Positions 38,769-48,745 of a DNA stretch of 62,584 bases are shown here, in pieces (position 1 is the first letter of the stretch; each line of letters opens with the position of its first letter). The DNA is from Chloroflexota bacterium (GTDB lineage Bacteria > Chloroflexota > Dehalococcoidia > Lucifugimonadales > UBA3495): contig JAQBVF010000022.1 of the NCBI GenBank assembly GCA_027623675.1, positions 1 through 62,584 on the forward strand. Reading direction: 5' to 3'. Position numbers and translations under genes: made by a program. Below the pieces are notes generated by a model, which was given only the letters and a program-made list of their open reading frames with translations, did no database searches and was not told the origin of the DNA.

Positions 38769-39869
38769 ATGGTAAACAAGAAGCTGGCGATGATGCTCAT
38801 GATTGGGTTCCTCTTGGTCTTTGCCGCCGCCTGCGGTTCGGACTCGGACTCAGAATCGGACTCAAGGGCGCCGGAAGGTGGTATCGCTCCGGCGTACGAA
38901 CCGCGTTCATTCGATGAGGTTAAGCCTCAGAACGTTGACCTCAAATTGGTGCCAGCCCCAGCCCTGCCGGAGATTCCCGCCTGTGACGGCGATCCAAGAA
39001 ACGTGCGCGTTACGTTGGAAACAGCAGAGGTGGAAGGGGAGATCGCGCCGGGTGTCACCTTTCCTTTCCTCACCTTCAACGGCGCGGTCCCGGCGCCGGC
39101 CATCGTCGTCTGCCTTGGCGACTGGGTCGAGGTAACCCTCAAGAACCCCGCGGGCTCCAAGTTTGCCCACAACGTGGACTTCCATGCGGCCACGGGAGCG
39201 TTGGGCGGCGGCGCGGCGTCGATAGTGGGGCCGGGACAGCAGACCACGTTCCGGTTCCAAGCGCTGAAAGAGGGAGCCTTCGTTTATCATTGTGCCATCG
39301 CTCCAATCGCGATGCACGTTACATCCGGCATGTACGGCTCAATCATCGTTCTGCCCCAGGGCGGACTGCCAGTGGTGGACAAGGAGTTCTATCTCATGGA
39401 GGGGGATTTCTATACCGAACCATCCAAAGACGACCCTAGCAGGCATGTTTACTCCCAGGAGCGGATAACCGCCGAGAACCCCTCGTATGTCGTGACCAAT
39501 GGCCGGGTCGGCGCGGTTACCGGAGATAATGCCCTCAAGGTGAACGTCGGCGACACGGTCCGGTTCTATTACGGCCAGGCCAACGATGAGTCTTGGCTCC
39601 ACATCATCGGCGGGCATTTCGATAAGGTCTACGTCACAGGGTCCTTCCACCCAGACTCGGCCAAAGAGTATGGGGTTGAGACCACCGCGGTGCCGGCGGG
39701 AAGCGTCACGGTAGTCGAATACACCTTCAAGGTCCCCGGTCTCTACCTGATGGTCAACCACAAGCTGATCCGCGCCACGGAGAAGGGACAGGCCGCGCAG
39801 ATAATCGTGGCAGGGGATGAAAACCCCGACATCATGACCGTGATTGAGCCGCCGACCGCCATCCGGTAG
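38769..39869 (+). CDS. nirK: Copper-containing nitrite reductase, lipoprotein
   Basis: Lipobox AAAC; HNVDFH, YHC, MHVTSGMYG, HIIG, VNH copper and catalytic motifs; AGGAGG RBS. Confidence 0.85.
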   Translation: MVNKKLAMMLMIGFLLVFAAACGSDSDSESDSRAPEGGIAPAYEPRSFDEVKPQNVDLKLVPAPALPEIPACDGDPRNVRVTLETAEVEGEIAPGVTFPFLTFNGAVPAPAIVVCLGDWVEVTLKNPAGSKFAHNVDFHAATGALGGGAASIVGPGQQTTFRFQALKEGAFVYHCAIAPIAMHVTSGMYGSIIVLPQGGLPVVDKEFYLMEGDFYTEPSKDDPSRHVYSQERITAENPSYVVTNGRVGAVTGDNALKVNVGDTVRFYYGQANDESWLHIIGGHFDKVYVTGSFHPDSAKEYGVETTAVPAGSVTVVEYTFKVPGLYLMVNHKLIRATEKGQAAQIIVAGDENPDIMTVIEPPTAIR

Positions 39870-39891
39870 AATCCTGAGTGGCTTTCAACGG

Positions 39892-39942
39892 GAAGTCCAG
39901 GCCGGAAGTCCCGGCCGGAAGCCCCGGCCAGAAGCCCCGGCA
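39892..39942. repeat. Imperfect 13-bp tandem repeat x4
   Basis: GAAGTCCAGGCCG / GAAGTCCCGGCCG / GAAGCCCCGGCCA / GAAGCCCCGGCA. Confidence 0.7.
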
Positions 39943-39981
39943 GATAGGCAGTCTATCGAAACATGGTCAAAAGGTGAATCA

Positions 39982-41205
39982 ATGACGACCGAATCAGCCC
40001 TGTCGGGCGTGGTGGTGCTGGACCTGACCCAGATCATGGCCGGGCCATTCTGCACCATGGTACTGGCCGACATGGGCGCGGACGTGATCAAGATCGAGAA
40101 GCCCAGCGGCGGCGACGACAACCGCCGCATGGGCCCGCCCTTCATCAAGGACTGGTCGGCGGGGTTTCTGGCGCTGAACCGCAACAAGCGCAGTCTGGCC
40201 GTGGACCTGCGGAGCGATGCCGGCCAGGCCATGATCAAGCGGCTGGTGGCCAGGGCCGACGTGGTGGTGGAGAACTTCCGGCCTGGCGTCATGGACCGGT
40301 TGGGCCTGGGCTACGACGCTCTGGCCGCCATCAAGCCGAGTCTGGTGTACTGCTCGGTCTCCGGCTTCGGCAACACCGGCCCCGACGCGGCCAAGGGCGG
40401 CTTCGACCTGGTGGCCCAGGGCGTGAGCGGGCTGATGAGCATCACCGGCCATCCCGGCATGCCTCCGGCCAAGGTGGGCGTGCCCATCACCGATATCTCG
40501 GCGGGGCTGCTGGCGGCCAACGGGGTGCTCTGCGCCTACATCCACGCCCTAAAGACGGGCCAGGGCCAGCAGGTGGACACGTCGCTCCTGGAAGCCGGCG
40601 TGGCCTACACCGTGTGGGAGTCGTCGGTCTACTTCGCCGACGGCGAGGTACCCGGCCCGTTGGGTTCGGCCCACCGCGTCTCGGCGCCCTACCAGGCCCT
40701 GCGCACCAAGGACGGCTACCTCAACATCGGCGCGGCGACCCAGCCCACCTGGGAGCAGCTCTGCCGGGCCATCGGCCAGGAGGCGCTGATCGACGACGCC
40801 CGCTTCAAGCTGCCTGGCGACCGCAAGGCCCGCGAAGGGGAATTGGCCGCTCTGCTGGAAGAAACTTTCACGACTGACACGACAGCCAACTGGCTGAAGA
40901 TGCTGGAGGAAGCGGGCGTGGTGGCGGGCCCCATCTACAACATCGGGCAGATGTACAAGGACCCCCAGGTGCTGGCCCGCAAGATGCTGGTCGACCTGGA
41001 AGACCCCGAGCTGGGCACGATCCATAACATCGGTATCCCCGTGAAACTGTCAATCACCCCCGGCCAGATCCGCACCCGCGCCCCCATGCTCGGCGAACAC
41101 ACGTCGGAGGTGCTGCTGGAACACGGCTTCAGCCAGGCAGAGGTGGACGACCTACTGGAGGCAGGCACGGTGCTGGGCAACCAGGGTACGGGGACGCGGG
41201 GTTAA
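39982..41205 (+). CDS. CoA-transferase family III (CaiB/BaiF)
   Basis: LDLTQIMAGP, LADMGADVIKIE, NRNKRS, ENFRPG, catalytic D in PITD, APMLGEHT. Confidence 0.94.
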   Translation: MTTESALSGVVVLDLTQIMAGPFCTMVLADMGADVIKIEKPSGGDDNRRMGPPFIKDWSAGFLALNRNKRSLAVDLRSDAGQAMIKRLVARADVVVENFRPGVMDRLGLGYDALAAIKPSLVYCSVSGFGNTGPDAAKGGFDLVAQGVSGLMSITGHPGMPPAKVGVPITDISAGLLAANGVLCAYIHALKTGQGQQVDTSLLEAGVAYTVWESSVYFADGEVPGPLGSAHRVSAPYQALRTKDGYLNIGAATQPTWEQLCRAIGQEALIDDARFKLPGDRKAREGELAALLEETFTTDTTANWLKMLEEAGVVAGPIYNIGQMYKDPQVLARKMLVDLEDPELGTIHNIGIPVKLSITPGQIRTRAPMLGEHTSEVLLEHGFSQAEVDDLLEAGTVLGNQGTGTRG

Positions 41206-42023
41206 CCCGCCGTCCGCCACGGCTGGCCGTCCGTCGTGCGCAAGAACTCTTCCACCAGAACGGGGCTGGAGACGATCACGCTGGGGGTGAAGAGGGCGCC
41301 TTCGTTGCCCTGGCGGTCAACGACTTTCGCGCCGGCTTCTTGGGCCAGGACCAGGCCGCCGGCCAGGTCCCAGGGCATCAGCGAGTGGTGGAAGTATAGG
41401 TCGACCCGGCCGGCGGCGGCGTAGGCCAGGCCCAGCCCCGACGAGCCCATGAACCGGACGCTGTACATCCCCGGCCACAGCGACCGGACCAGGTCCAGGG
41501 CGAACCCCGCTTTCTCATCCACGTAGCCAAGGTCGCAGCACAGCAGACTGCGGCTAAGCTCGGTGGTCTCCGAGGCCGTGATCTTGGTGTCGTTCAGGAA
41601 GGCGCCCTGACCCTCCACGGCGGTGAACATCTCCTCACGCACCGGGTCGTAGGTCAGGCCAGCCACGATGTGGTCGTCCTTGGCCAGGGCGATGATGGTG
41701 CAGAAATGGGGGATGCCGTGGGCGTAGTTTCGGGTGCCGTCCAAGGGATCAACCACCCACTTGTAGGGCGAGTCGCCGTCCACCGGCTTGGACTCCTCGG
41801 CCAGGATGCTGAACTCGGGGAACTCCCCGGTGAGCAGGTCCAAGATGGTCTTTTCAGCGGCCAGGTCAACATCGGTCACGATGTCGGAGCGGCCTTTGAA
41901 ATGGACCTCCTTCTCCGAGTGGAACCGGTCGCGGATGATCGTCCCGGCAGCGCGGGCCGCCTCCAGGGCAACGTCCATGGCCGTCCGTCCGTTCCTGGAC
42001 ACCGGCATCATTTCATCAGACAT
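41202..42023 (-). CDS. suhB: Inositol monophosphatase (SuhB family)
   Basis: VTDVD..AE, LAEE, WVVDPLDGTRNY, PWDLAGG. Confidence 0.9.
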   Translation of the reverse strand: MSDEMMPVSRNGRTAMDVALEAARAAGTIIRDRFHSEKEVHFKGRSDIVTDVDLAAEKTILDLLTGEFPEFSILAEESKPVDGDSPYKWVVDPLDGTRNYAHGIPHFCTIIALAKDDHIVAGLTYDPVREEMFTAVEGQGAFLNDTKITASETTELSRSLLCCDLGYVDEKAGFALDLVRSLWPGMYSVRFMGSSGLGLAYAAAGRVDLYFHHSLMPWDLAGGLVLAQEAGAKVVDRQGNEGALFTPSVIVSSPVLVEEFLRTTDGQPWRTAG

Positions 42024-42115
42024 AAAGATCCAATCATCAAACTAAACGAATCCGAGAGAGCCGAACGCCCCGAGTCAATCGGGGCTGAAGGGTGGACCCT
42101 GTTGGCTGACGGCTA

Positions 42116-43132
42116 TCAACCCAGGCCCATCTTTTCGTAGACCTCGGCCATGGTCTCCACGGCGATGGCCCTGGCCTTCTTGCCGCCCTCGTGGAGGACC
42201 TCCTGCACGTAGCCGGGCTTGGCTTTGATGTCCTCCCGCCGCTCCCGCAGTTCCCGGAGGTACTCGTTGATGCTGCCGGCCAGATGGCGTTTGCAGTCGA
42301 CGCAGCCGCGCTGAGCGGTGGTGCACTCGCTGTAGACCGTGCTGCTGGCGTCGGCGCCGCTGAAGATCTTGTGCAGCGAATAGATATTGCAGACCTCGGG
42401 GCGTCCCGGCATATCGCGTCGGATGCGTTGGGGGTCGGTGAAGGCTGTCAGGACCCGCTTGGTGGTTTCTTCGGGCGTGGCGGCCAGGTCCAGGTGGTTA
42501 TCCAGGGTTTTTGACATCTTGTTCTGGCCGTCCAGCCCCAGGATCAGGGGCGCCTCGGTCAGCTTGACCTGAGGCTCTGGGAAGGTGTCGCCGAACATGT
42601 TGTTGAACCGGCGCACAATCTCCCGGGACAGTTCTACGTGGGGGATCTGGTCTTGGCCCACGGGCACGGCATCGGCCTTGTAAAGGATGATGTCGGCGGT
42701 CATCAGCACCGGGTAGCCTACCAGGCCGTAATTCACCGTTTCCTCGGTCTCGTGCATCTGGCGGACCTTGTCTTTGAAGCTGGGCACGCGGGTCAGCCAG
42801 CCCAGGGGCGTGACCATGCTGAGCAGCGTGTGCAGACTCATGACCTCTGGGACGTGGGACTGGACGAAGATGATGCTTTGCTCCGGGTCGATCCCCGCCG
42901 CCAGCCAGTCCAGCACCATGTCTTCGATGTTGGGCTTGATGCTGTTGGTGTCTTCCGGGGATTCCACCGTGGTCAGGGCGTGGATGTCCACGGCGCAGTA
43001 GATGCAGTTGTAGTCCTGCTGCAGGGTGACCCAGTTCTGCAGGGCCCCCATGTAGTTGCCCAGATGCAGCAGGCCCGTGGGCCGCATGCCTGAGAAGATC
43101 ACGCCTTTATGACTGTTGCTTGATTGGGTCAT
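42116..43132 (-). CDS. trpS: Tryptophan--tRNA ligase
   Basis: SGMRPTGLLHLGNY (HIGH), YPVLMTADI, VPVGQDQ, KMSKT. Confidence 0.97.
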   Translation of the reverse strand: MTQSSNSHKGVIFSGMRPTGLLHLGNYMGALQNWVTLQQDYNCIYCAVDIHALTTVESPEDTNSIKPNIEDMVLDWLAAGIDPEQSIIFVQSHVPEVMSLHTLLSMVTPLGWLTRVPSFKDKVRQMHETEETVNYGLVGYPVLMTADIILYKADAVPVGQDQIPHVELSREIVRRFNNMFGDTFPEPQVKLTEAPLILGLDGQNKMSKTLDNHLDLAATPEETTKRVLTAFTDPQRIRRDMPGRPEVCNIYSLHKIFSGADASSTVYSECTTAQRGCVDCKRHLAGSINEYLRELRERREDIKAKPGYVQEVLHEGGKKARAIAVETMAEVYEKMGLG

Positions 43133-43237
43133 GTCACCGAATTACGCGCAGATTGGCGAATTTCACGCCTGAGAGAACTCCGAAAGTCTAGCATAGGGGC
43201 ATACCAGCATCAAGGCAGGGCCAGCAAGGGTCCGCCG

Positions 43238-43807
43238 CTAGGTGGATTTTTCGGCCAGGGACTCCAACAGGCCGCCCGAGTAGCCGGCGTCCTCCAGGCC
43301 GCGTTGCTCGCCCCGGAGGTAGCCGATCTGGCCGCCGTGCTGGTTGAACTCCCAGATGAGCTGCTGGCACATGACGGCGAGGCTGATGGTCCCGCCGCGG
43401 GGGTTGGTCACGGTTACAGTGTCGAAATCGGACTCGCTCAGAGACTCGAAGTACTCGATGCTTTCCTGGCGGACCAGGGCCACGTATTCCAGCAGTGTTT
43501 CGGTGTCGGGAGCTCTGTACGCCCGGAGCGCTGCGACGTCGAACCCGTAGCCGGTGTCGTTCTCAATGGCGGGCGCGCGGCCCAGCTTCTCCGCCCAGTC
43601 GTCGTCCCACACCTGAGCGTCGCCCTTCAGCCGGGTGTGCAGCCAGCGGTCTAGGGTGCGGCCGTAGTGCCAGACCAAGAAGGCGATGGACGAGCATTGG
43701 TCATTGGGCGTCCAGGCCAGCTCAGCGGGGCTGAGGCCGTCCACGGCCCGCATCATGGCGTTGTAATGCTGCTCGAAGCAGCCCTGGACGAATCGCTTCA
43801 GTTCCAT
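43238..43807 (-). CDS. DinB family protein
   Basis: SIAFLVWH...EFNQHGGQIGYLR. Confidence 0.82.
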   Translation of the reverse strand: MELKRFVQGCFEQHYNAMMRAVDGLSPAELAWTPNDQCSSIAFLVWHYGRTLDRWLHTRLKGDAQVWDDDWAEKLGRAPAIENDTGYGFDVAALRAYRAPDTETLLEYVALVRQESIEYFESLSESDFDTVTVTNPRGGTISLAVMCQQLIWEFNQHGGQIGYLRGEQRGLEDAGYSGGLLESLAEKST

Positions 43808-44080
43808 GGGGGCGTCACCTTGGTGGTTGGGGTCCGGATAGCCGGACAATTATAGCAAGCAGCTACGGAAGGCGGCTAATGAGGATTGGCCTGACGCCGG
43901 GGCCGGATTACGTAGGAATTCTGGTATGGACCACTCACCACTGAACCCTAAGCACGTTCGCCATGGGCAAACGGAGAAGTTTATCCCCGAGCCGCGGTTA
44001 TGGTGGGCCGGCAGGGTACGCAGGAAAGTGGGGGTGCAAAAGATCCAGAGCAAAGACGACCAAGGGGGACGCGCGGGGAA

Positions 44081-45001
44081 TCACTCCTCGGCGTCTGGGT
44101 CTAGGCGGCCGCCCAATTCGCTGAGGAATTGCTCGATCCCAGGCGATAGTTGAGTGGGGCTGGTGGAGGGGTCTTTGGTGGTGGAAGAAGACGCCTCTTC
44201 GGAGTCGATCTGGGCGTCGTAGTAGGCTTCCATCTGCTGGATCAGCGTCTTAAGCTCGGGGTTACGGTCCAGGGTGGAGTTGAGCTCCCGGTACTGGCGC
44301 TGTCCCCGGCGCACGGGGGCCAGGTCGGCGGGGATGCTGTCGTAGACCGAGGACAGGACTTCAATCATGCGTGAGGTCCCGGCGTAATCCTCTTCCAATT
44401 GGACGTACTGGGGCAGATGCACCATGAAGTTGATGGACTCGATGCCTTTCTTTTCGATGCCCTCCGAGAGCAGGTTCATGATGGTCGTGGGACCTTGGTA
44501 GGTGCTCTGGCGGACCTTGAAGTTGGGCACGGGGCGGTGTTGGGCCACGTCGCCCAGGCTGCCGGTGACCAGCAGCGGCCGGGTGTGGGGCACCGCATCG
44601 TACATGGCGCCCAATCGGCAGTAGCGCTTCACGTTGAAGTGGTTCACGACTTCCAATATGGAGTCGGTGTAGTCTTCGCCGTTGGAATGGGGTTCCATCA
44701 GGTGCAGGAACAGGTAGTCCGGCCCGTTGTCGGTGATGGCGTAACGGATGATGCTGTTGGGTATCTTGACCTCGCGTTTGCCGTCCACCAGCCGCATGTT
44801 GGGCCGGTAGCGGGTGAAGTCAAAGAAAGCGCCGGGACGTGACAGGCGGCCAAGTTCCTTTGAACCCATGAACCGCTCCAGGCGGTTGAGCGTGAGGGTG
44901 CCCACGCTGCCCACGTCCACCCAGGGCCGCACCATGGCGAACACGTGGGAGTCTCGAAGCTCCGGTATCGGCTCGTTTATTTCAAATGCGCCTATCTGCA
45001 T
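44081..45001 (-). CDS. PAC2 (proteasome assembly chaperone) family protein
   Basis: WVDVG, FFDFTRYRP, EPH, VPHTRP, YQGPT, HLPQY, QMEAYYD. Confidence 0.85.
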   Translation of the reverse strand: MQIGAFEINEPIPELRDSHVFAMVRPWVDVGSVGTLTLNRLERFMGSKELGRLSRPGAFFDFTRYRPNMRLVDGKREVKIPNSIIRYAITDNGPDYLFLHLMEPHSNGEDYTDSILEVVNHFNVKRYCRLGAMYDAVPHTRPLLVTGSLGDVAQHRPVPNFKVRQSTYQGPTTIMNLLSEGIEKKGIESINFMVHLPQYVQLEEDYAGTSRMIEVLSSVYDSIPADLAPVRRGQRQYRELNSTLDRNPELKTLIQQMEAYYDAQIDSEEASSSTTKDPSTSPTQLSPGIEQFLSELGGRLDPDAEE

Positions 45002-45076
45002 AGGCTCATATTGCCAGAATAGGTTCGGTTTATCAAGTCCTATCTCGCGCCGAGGACAATTTTGAGGCTGTTCCGG

Positions 45077-45838
45077 TTACCGCTGGTTCAGCATGGTATC
45101 GGCGGACCCCAGGCCCTCAAGGGCCAGGCCGTAGCCCAGCAGGTCGTGCATCAGCTTCTTAACCACGTGGACCATGGAAACACGGGTGTAACGTAACACG
45201 ATGTCCGACTTCTCGGCCATCTGCTCGGCCAACTCCCAGGCACGGGGCAGCAGGTCGGCCTGGGGCAGCACCTCGTTCACTAGGCCCAGGGATTTGGCCT
45301 CTTGGGCCTCAATCTTCTGGCCGGTGAGCAGGAAATACCGCCCCCGGTTCACGCCCAGCAGCATGGGATAGACGATGTGCATGCCGTCGCCGGGAACCAG
45401 TCCGCTCATGAAATGGCCCGAATCCTGGAAAGCGGCTGTCTCAGACGCAAGCACGATGTCGCAGAGCAGGGGAATCTCCGAATGCCGGAGCGCCGGGCCG
45501 TTGATGGCGCTGATCATCGGCACCTCTATGTCCAACAGGCTGGTCAAGATGCGCTTCCCTTCCCAGTAGGTCTGGTCCCATTGGGCGGGCGCCCGCTTGG
45601 GCGTGCCGGCGGCAGTGCCGGCCGGACCGGAGAACGAATCGCCGCTGCCGGTCATTATCACGATGCGGTTCTCCGGGTCGCTGCCAACGTCGGTGAAGAC
45701 CTGCGAGAACTCGGTGTGCGGCCCTCCGCCCCATTGCAGGGCCCCGCCATCGGTGTGGAAGGTCATCTGTAAGATGCCCTGGCGGCGTTCCAGGCGGATG
45801 TGCTGGTATTTGTTGGCGTATTGGTCCAGAGAAGCCAT
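45077..45838 (-). CDS. Crotonase superfamily enzyme, 6-oxocamphor hydrolase-like
   Basis: IEVPMISAINGPA..HSE, QDSGHF..LVPGDG, NRGRYFLLTGQ. Confidence 0.85.
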   Translation of the reverse strand: MASLDQYANKYQHIRLERRQGILQMTFHTDGGALQWGGGPHTEFSQVFTDVGSDPENRIVIMTGSGDSFSGPAGTAAGTPKRAPAQWDQTYWEGKRILTSLLDIEVPMISAINGPALRHSEIPLLCDIVLASETAAFQDSGHFMSGLVPGDGMHIVYPMLLGVNRGRYFLLTGQKIEAQEAKSLGLVNEVLPQADLLPRAWELAEQMAEKSDIVLRYTRVSMVHVVKKLMHDLLGYGLALEGLGSADTMLNQR

Positions 45839-45923
45839 GTTTATATCTCCCGGGCCGGGGATGGTTTTGATTCAGCGGCACGTGGCTCAGCAGGGCACGA
45901 TTCGGCAGGAGAGGAAGGGACGA

Positions 45924-46568
45924 TTAATCGCCGGCTTCCTCGGCCCTAACCTTGGCTTCGGCCTTTGGGGTTGCGGCGGGCGAACTGATCGGAGGCACGG
46001 GCGGGGCTTCTTTGGGAACGGCGTGCCGCACCACGAAGTTGGCCACATCGCGGTAAAGGGGGTCGTCCAAGTTGCAGCCGCGCAGCATGGTAAACCCGGG
46101 GTCCAGTGCCTCCAGCATCTGCTTCACCTTGGTGTCGCCGTGCCGGGCAGCAAGGGCGTAGGCCAGGCCGCGAGTGTCCCGGTCCAGGGAGCGCTCGTGT
46201 TCTTCACCGTCTTCCAACTCAATGTCGTAATCGACCCGGTCGGCGATGGCCAATGCTTCCATAGCCTTGCGTCGGGAGTTGTCGACGTCTTTGATCACCG
46301 TGTAAAGCTCGATGACGGCGCGGGCGGCCTGCGCCAATAGGTCGGGCACCCGTTTCTGCTTGTCGGCGGCAGCCTGGGACGCAACCTTAGCTTTGGACAG
46401 AGCGTCCTCTTTGGCGCGGCTGCGTGCTTCCTCGCGTTGGGCCTTGGCTTTTTGCAAACGCAATTGGGGGGCTTCGGCCGCCAAGGGTTGCAACCGCTGC
46501 AACTCCCGTTCGGCAGATTCAGCTTGTCTTAACCGTTCTTGGAAACTCTCGTCGATTCCGTTGACCAT
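45924..46568 (-). CDS. Hypothetical coiled-coil protein
   Basis: 214-aa helical ORF with GGAG RBS; no recognised motif. Confidence 0.65.
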   Translation of the reverse strand: MVNGIDESFQERLRQAESAERELQRLQPLAAEAPQLRLQKAKAQREEARSRAKEDALSKAKVASQAAADKQKRVPDLLAQAARAVIELYTVIKDVDNSRRKAMEALAIADRVDYDIELEDGEEHERSLDRDTRGLAYALAARHGDTKVKQMLEALDPGFTMLRGCNLDDPLYRDVANFVVRHAVPKEAPPVPPISSPAATPKAEAKVRAEEAGD

Positions 46569-46842
46569 GATGAATGCTCCTATGGTTTGGCAGGGAACCT
46601 TTAGAAAATTACAATAGATAATTACGAGCGATGCCTACATTACTCCATCTACAATGATAGTCAACCGGACCTAAATTTCTGTGAAGAAATGGCAACGGAT
46701 TTTCCCGTGTTTGGTCCCAGTGACGACTAGGATTGACCCTTGCATCCACTATGAGGCCCCCTTTGGAAACTTCCCAACAAAGCGTTCCAACTGGGGCACA
46801 CCCAGAACGATCTCTCTCACTCAACAGAACTAAGGCGGTCAA

Positions 46843-47967
46843 ATGATGCCTCGCGCTGCTTTCGTTTACGACGACGCCCTATCCCGCCACGAATTGCGCT
46901 CGGACCATCCCATGCGGCCGGTGCGCCTGCGTTACACCCACCAACTGCTGCAGGAGTACGGGGCCTTCGATCACCCGGACGCGGTGCTGTTGGACCCACG
47001 CGCCGCCACTGAGGATGAATTGACCTGGCTGCACACGGGTGAATACGTGGCGGCGGTCAAAGCGCTGGGCGCCGGGGCCAGCGGCGTGGACCAGGCAAGA
47101 TTCGGCTTCAGCGGACGCGGCGACAACCCGGTGTATCCGGGTATGTTTGACGCGGCGGCCCTGAGCACCGGGGGGACGCTGCTGGCCGCCGAGATGGTGG
47201 CCAGCGGTGAGGTCGGCGCGGCCTTCAACATCTCGGGCGGGCTGCACCATGCGGCGGCCGGCCACGCCTCCGGGTTCTGCGTTTTCAACGACCCGGCTCT
47301 GGCGATCCACTATCTTTTGAACAGAGGTATGCGCGTCGCCTATGTGGACATCGACGCCCACCACGGCGACGGCGTGCAAGAGGCGTTCTATGCCGACGAC
47401 CGTGTCCTGACAATCTCACTTCACGAGTCGGGCCAATACCTGTTTCCCGGGACTGGGTTCGTTTCCGAATCAGGCGTGGGGGCTGGACTGGGCTATTCGG
47501 TTAATCTGCCTTTCTTTCCCTACACGGGCGACGAAGAGTATGTGCCGGCGTTCAACCAGGTGGTCCTGCCACTGGTCCGGGCTTTCGCGCCCGACGTTCT
47601 GGTGACCCAGCTTGGCATCGACAGCTATCACAGCGACCCATTGACCCATCTGCAGATGACAACCGAGGGCTTCACCGAGGTGTTGCGCCAGTTCGCCAGG
47701 ATTGGCTTGCCCTGGCTGGCGCTGGGGGGAGGAGGGTACGACGTGACTGCGGTAGCGCGGGCGTGGACCTTGGCTTACGGCGTGATGCTGGGCGTGGACT
47801 GGCCGGACCAACTGCCTCGGGGGTTCGCCACGGAGCACGGTGTGGAGCGGCTTCGCGACGTGGGGAGTCCCGAGGTGCCCGCCAGCGTAAAGATCGACGT
47901 CAGAAGGCAGGCAGCGGAATCTGTGGCTGAGGTCCGCCAGGCGATATTCCCAACCCACGGCCTTTAG
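46843..47967 (+). CDS. acuC: Acetoin utilization protein AcuC (histone deacetylase family)
   Basis: HPMRPVR, GGLHHA, SGFCVFND, YVDIDAHHGDG, FPGTG, GGGGY. Confidence 0.92.
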   Translation: MMPRAAFVYDDALSRHELRSDHPMRPVRLRYTHQLLQEYGAFDHPDAVLLDPRAATEDELTWLHTGEYVAAVKALGAGASGVDQARFGFSGRGDNPVYPGMFDAAALSTGGTLLAAEMVASGEVGAAFNISGGLHHAAAGHASGFCVFNDPALAIHYLLNRGMRVAYVDIDAHHGDGVQEAFYADDRVLTISLHESGQYLFPGTGFVSESGVGAGLGYSVNLPFFPYTGDEEYVPAFNQVVLPLVRAFAPDVLVTQLGIDSYHSDPLTHLQMTTEGFTEVLRQFARIGLPWLALGGGGYDVTAVARAWTLAYGVMLGVDWPDQLPRGFATEHGVERLRDVGSPEVPASVKIDVRRQAAESVAEVRQAIFPTHGL

Positions 47968-48052
47968 GGCCAAGGCCTTTGGACTCCGGCCCGGTTGGCG
48001 GGCCGGGTGGACCGTGGGATAACGGTCGGATAGATAAATGAAAAAGGGTAGG

Positions 48053-48087
48053 AAAAAAGAAAACGGAGGCCGAAGCCTCCGTTTTCT
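48053..48087. terminator. Bidirectional terminator between convergent genes
   Basis: AGAAAACGGAGGC-CGAA-GCCTCCGTTTTCT. Confidence 0.8.
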
Positions 48088-48119
48088 AATCTGAGACTAT
48101 GTAGACCAGTCTGGGCTGG

Positions 48120-48479
48120 CTAGTTTACGTGCTGCACCTTGTTGAGCATTTCCTTGGCTTCCTCCCCCACATTGGCCTCCATGCTGTCGCGCAGGGTGGA
48201 ATAGATGGCTTTGTTGAGCGCGCCCATCATCCAAGGCTCGTAGCTGGGGTCGGACTTGTAGGAATTGTTGAGGCTGACTAGGCGCTGCAACAGACTCAGG
48301 TAATGATACTGCAGAGGGGTCAGGTCTCTGTCGATACCCGCCAATCTCCAGTCGTTGTCGGCTTTGGGAGTGTCCATATTTGAGTCCAAGTTCGGCATGA
48401 TATCTTCCGAAGTGCCGCCACCCAGGACTTCTTGGTCTGCCTGATCTTGCTTTCCGCTCATGTGATCTCCATCGGCCAT
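48120..48479 (-). CDS. Hypothetical protein
   Basis: 119-aa ORF followed by a terminator; no recognised motif; start may be 48461. Confidence 0.6.
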   Translation of the reverse strand: MADGDHMSGKQDQADQEVLGGGTSEDIMPNLDSNMDTPKADNDWRLAGIDRDLTPLQYHYLSLLQRLVSLNNSYKSDPSYEPWMMGALNKAIYSTLRDSMEANVGEEAKEMLNKVQHVN

Positions 48480-48745
48480 AACGTTCGTTTTATCGAAGGC
48501 CGGTCCGTATTGAGAGCCAATATATTATTTTCAAGAGTGTCGAGCTGTCTCCTCGATTATACCAGACCCCGGTCCTTAATGAACACGTCATTGGATCGAT
48601 ATTAGAGGGTTCGGGGGTATTCAGGCGAATTTCAAACACGATTATTGCCCGCCTGACGCCCCCGAACAAAGCCCACTTCAGTTGCTCGTTTGATCTTGTC
48701 TAAATCTGTTACAACGGTCAAACTGCGGCATCCGATTTTGGCCGC

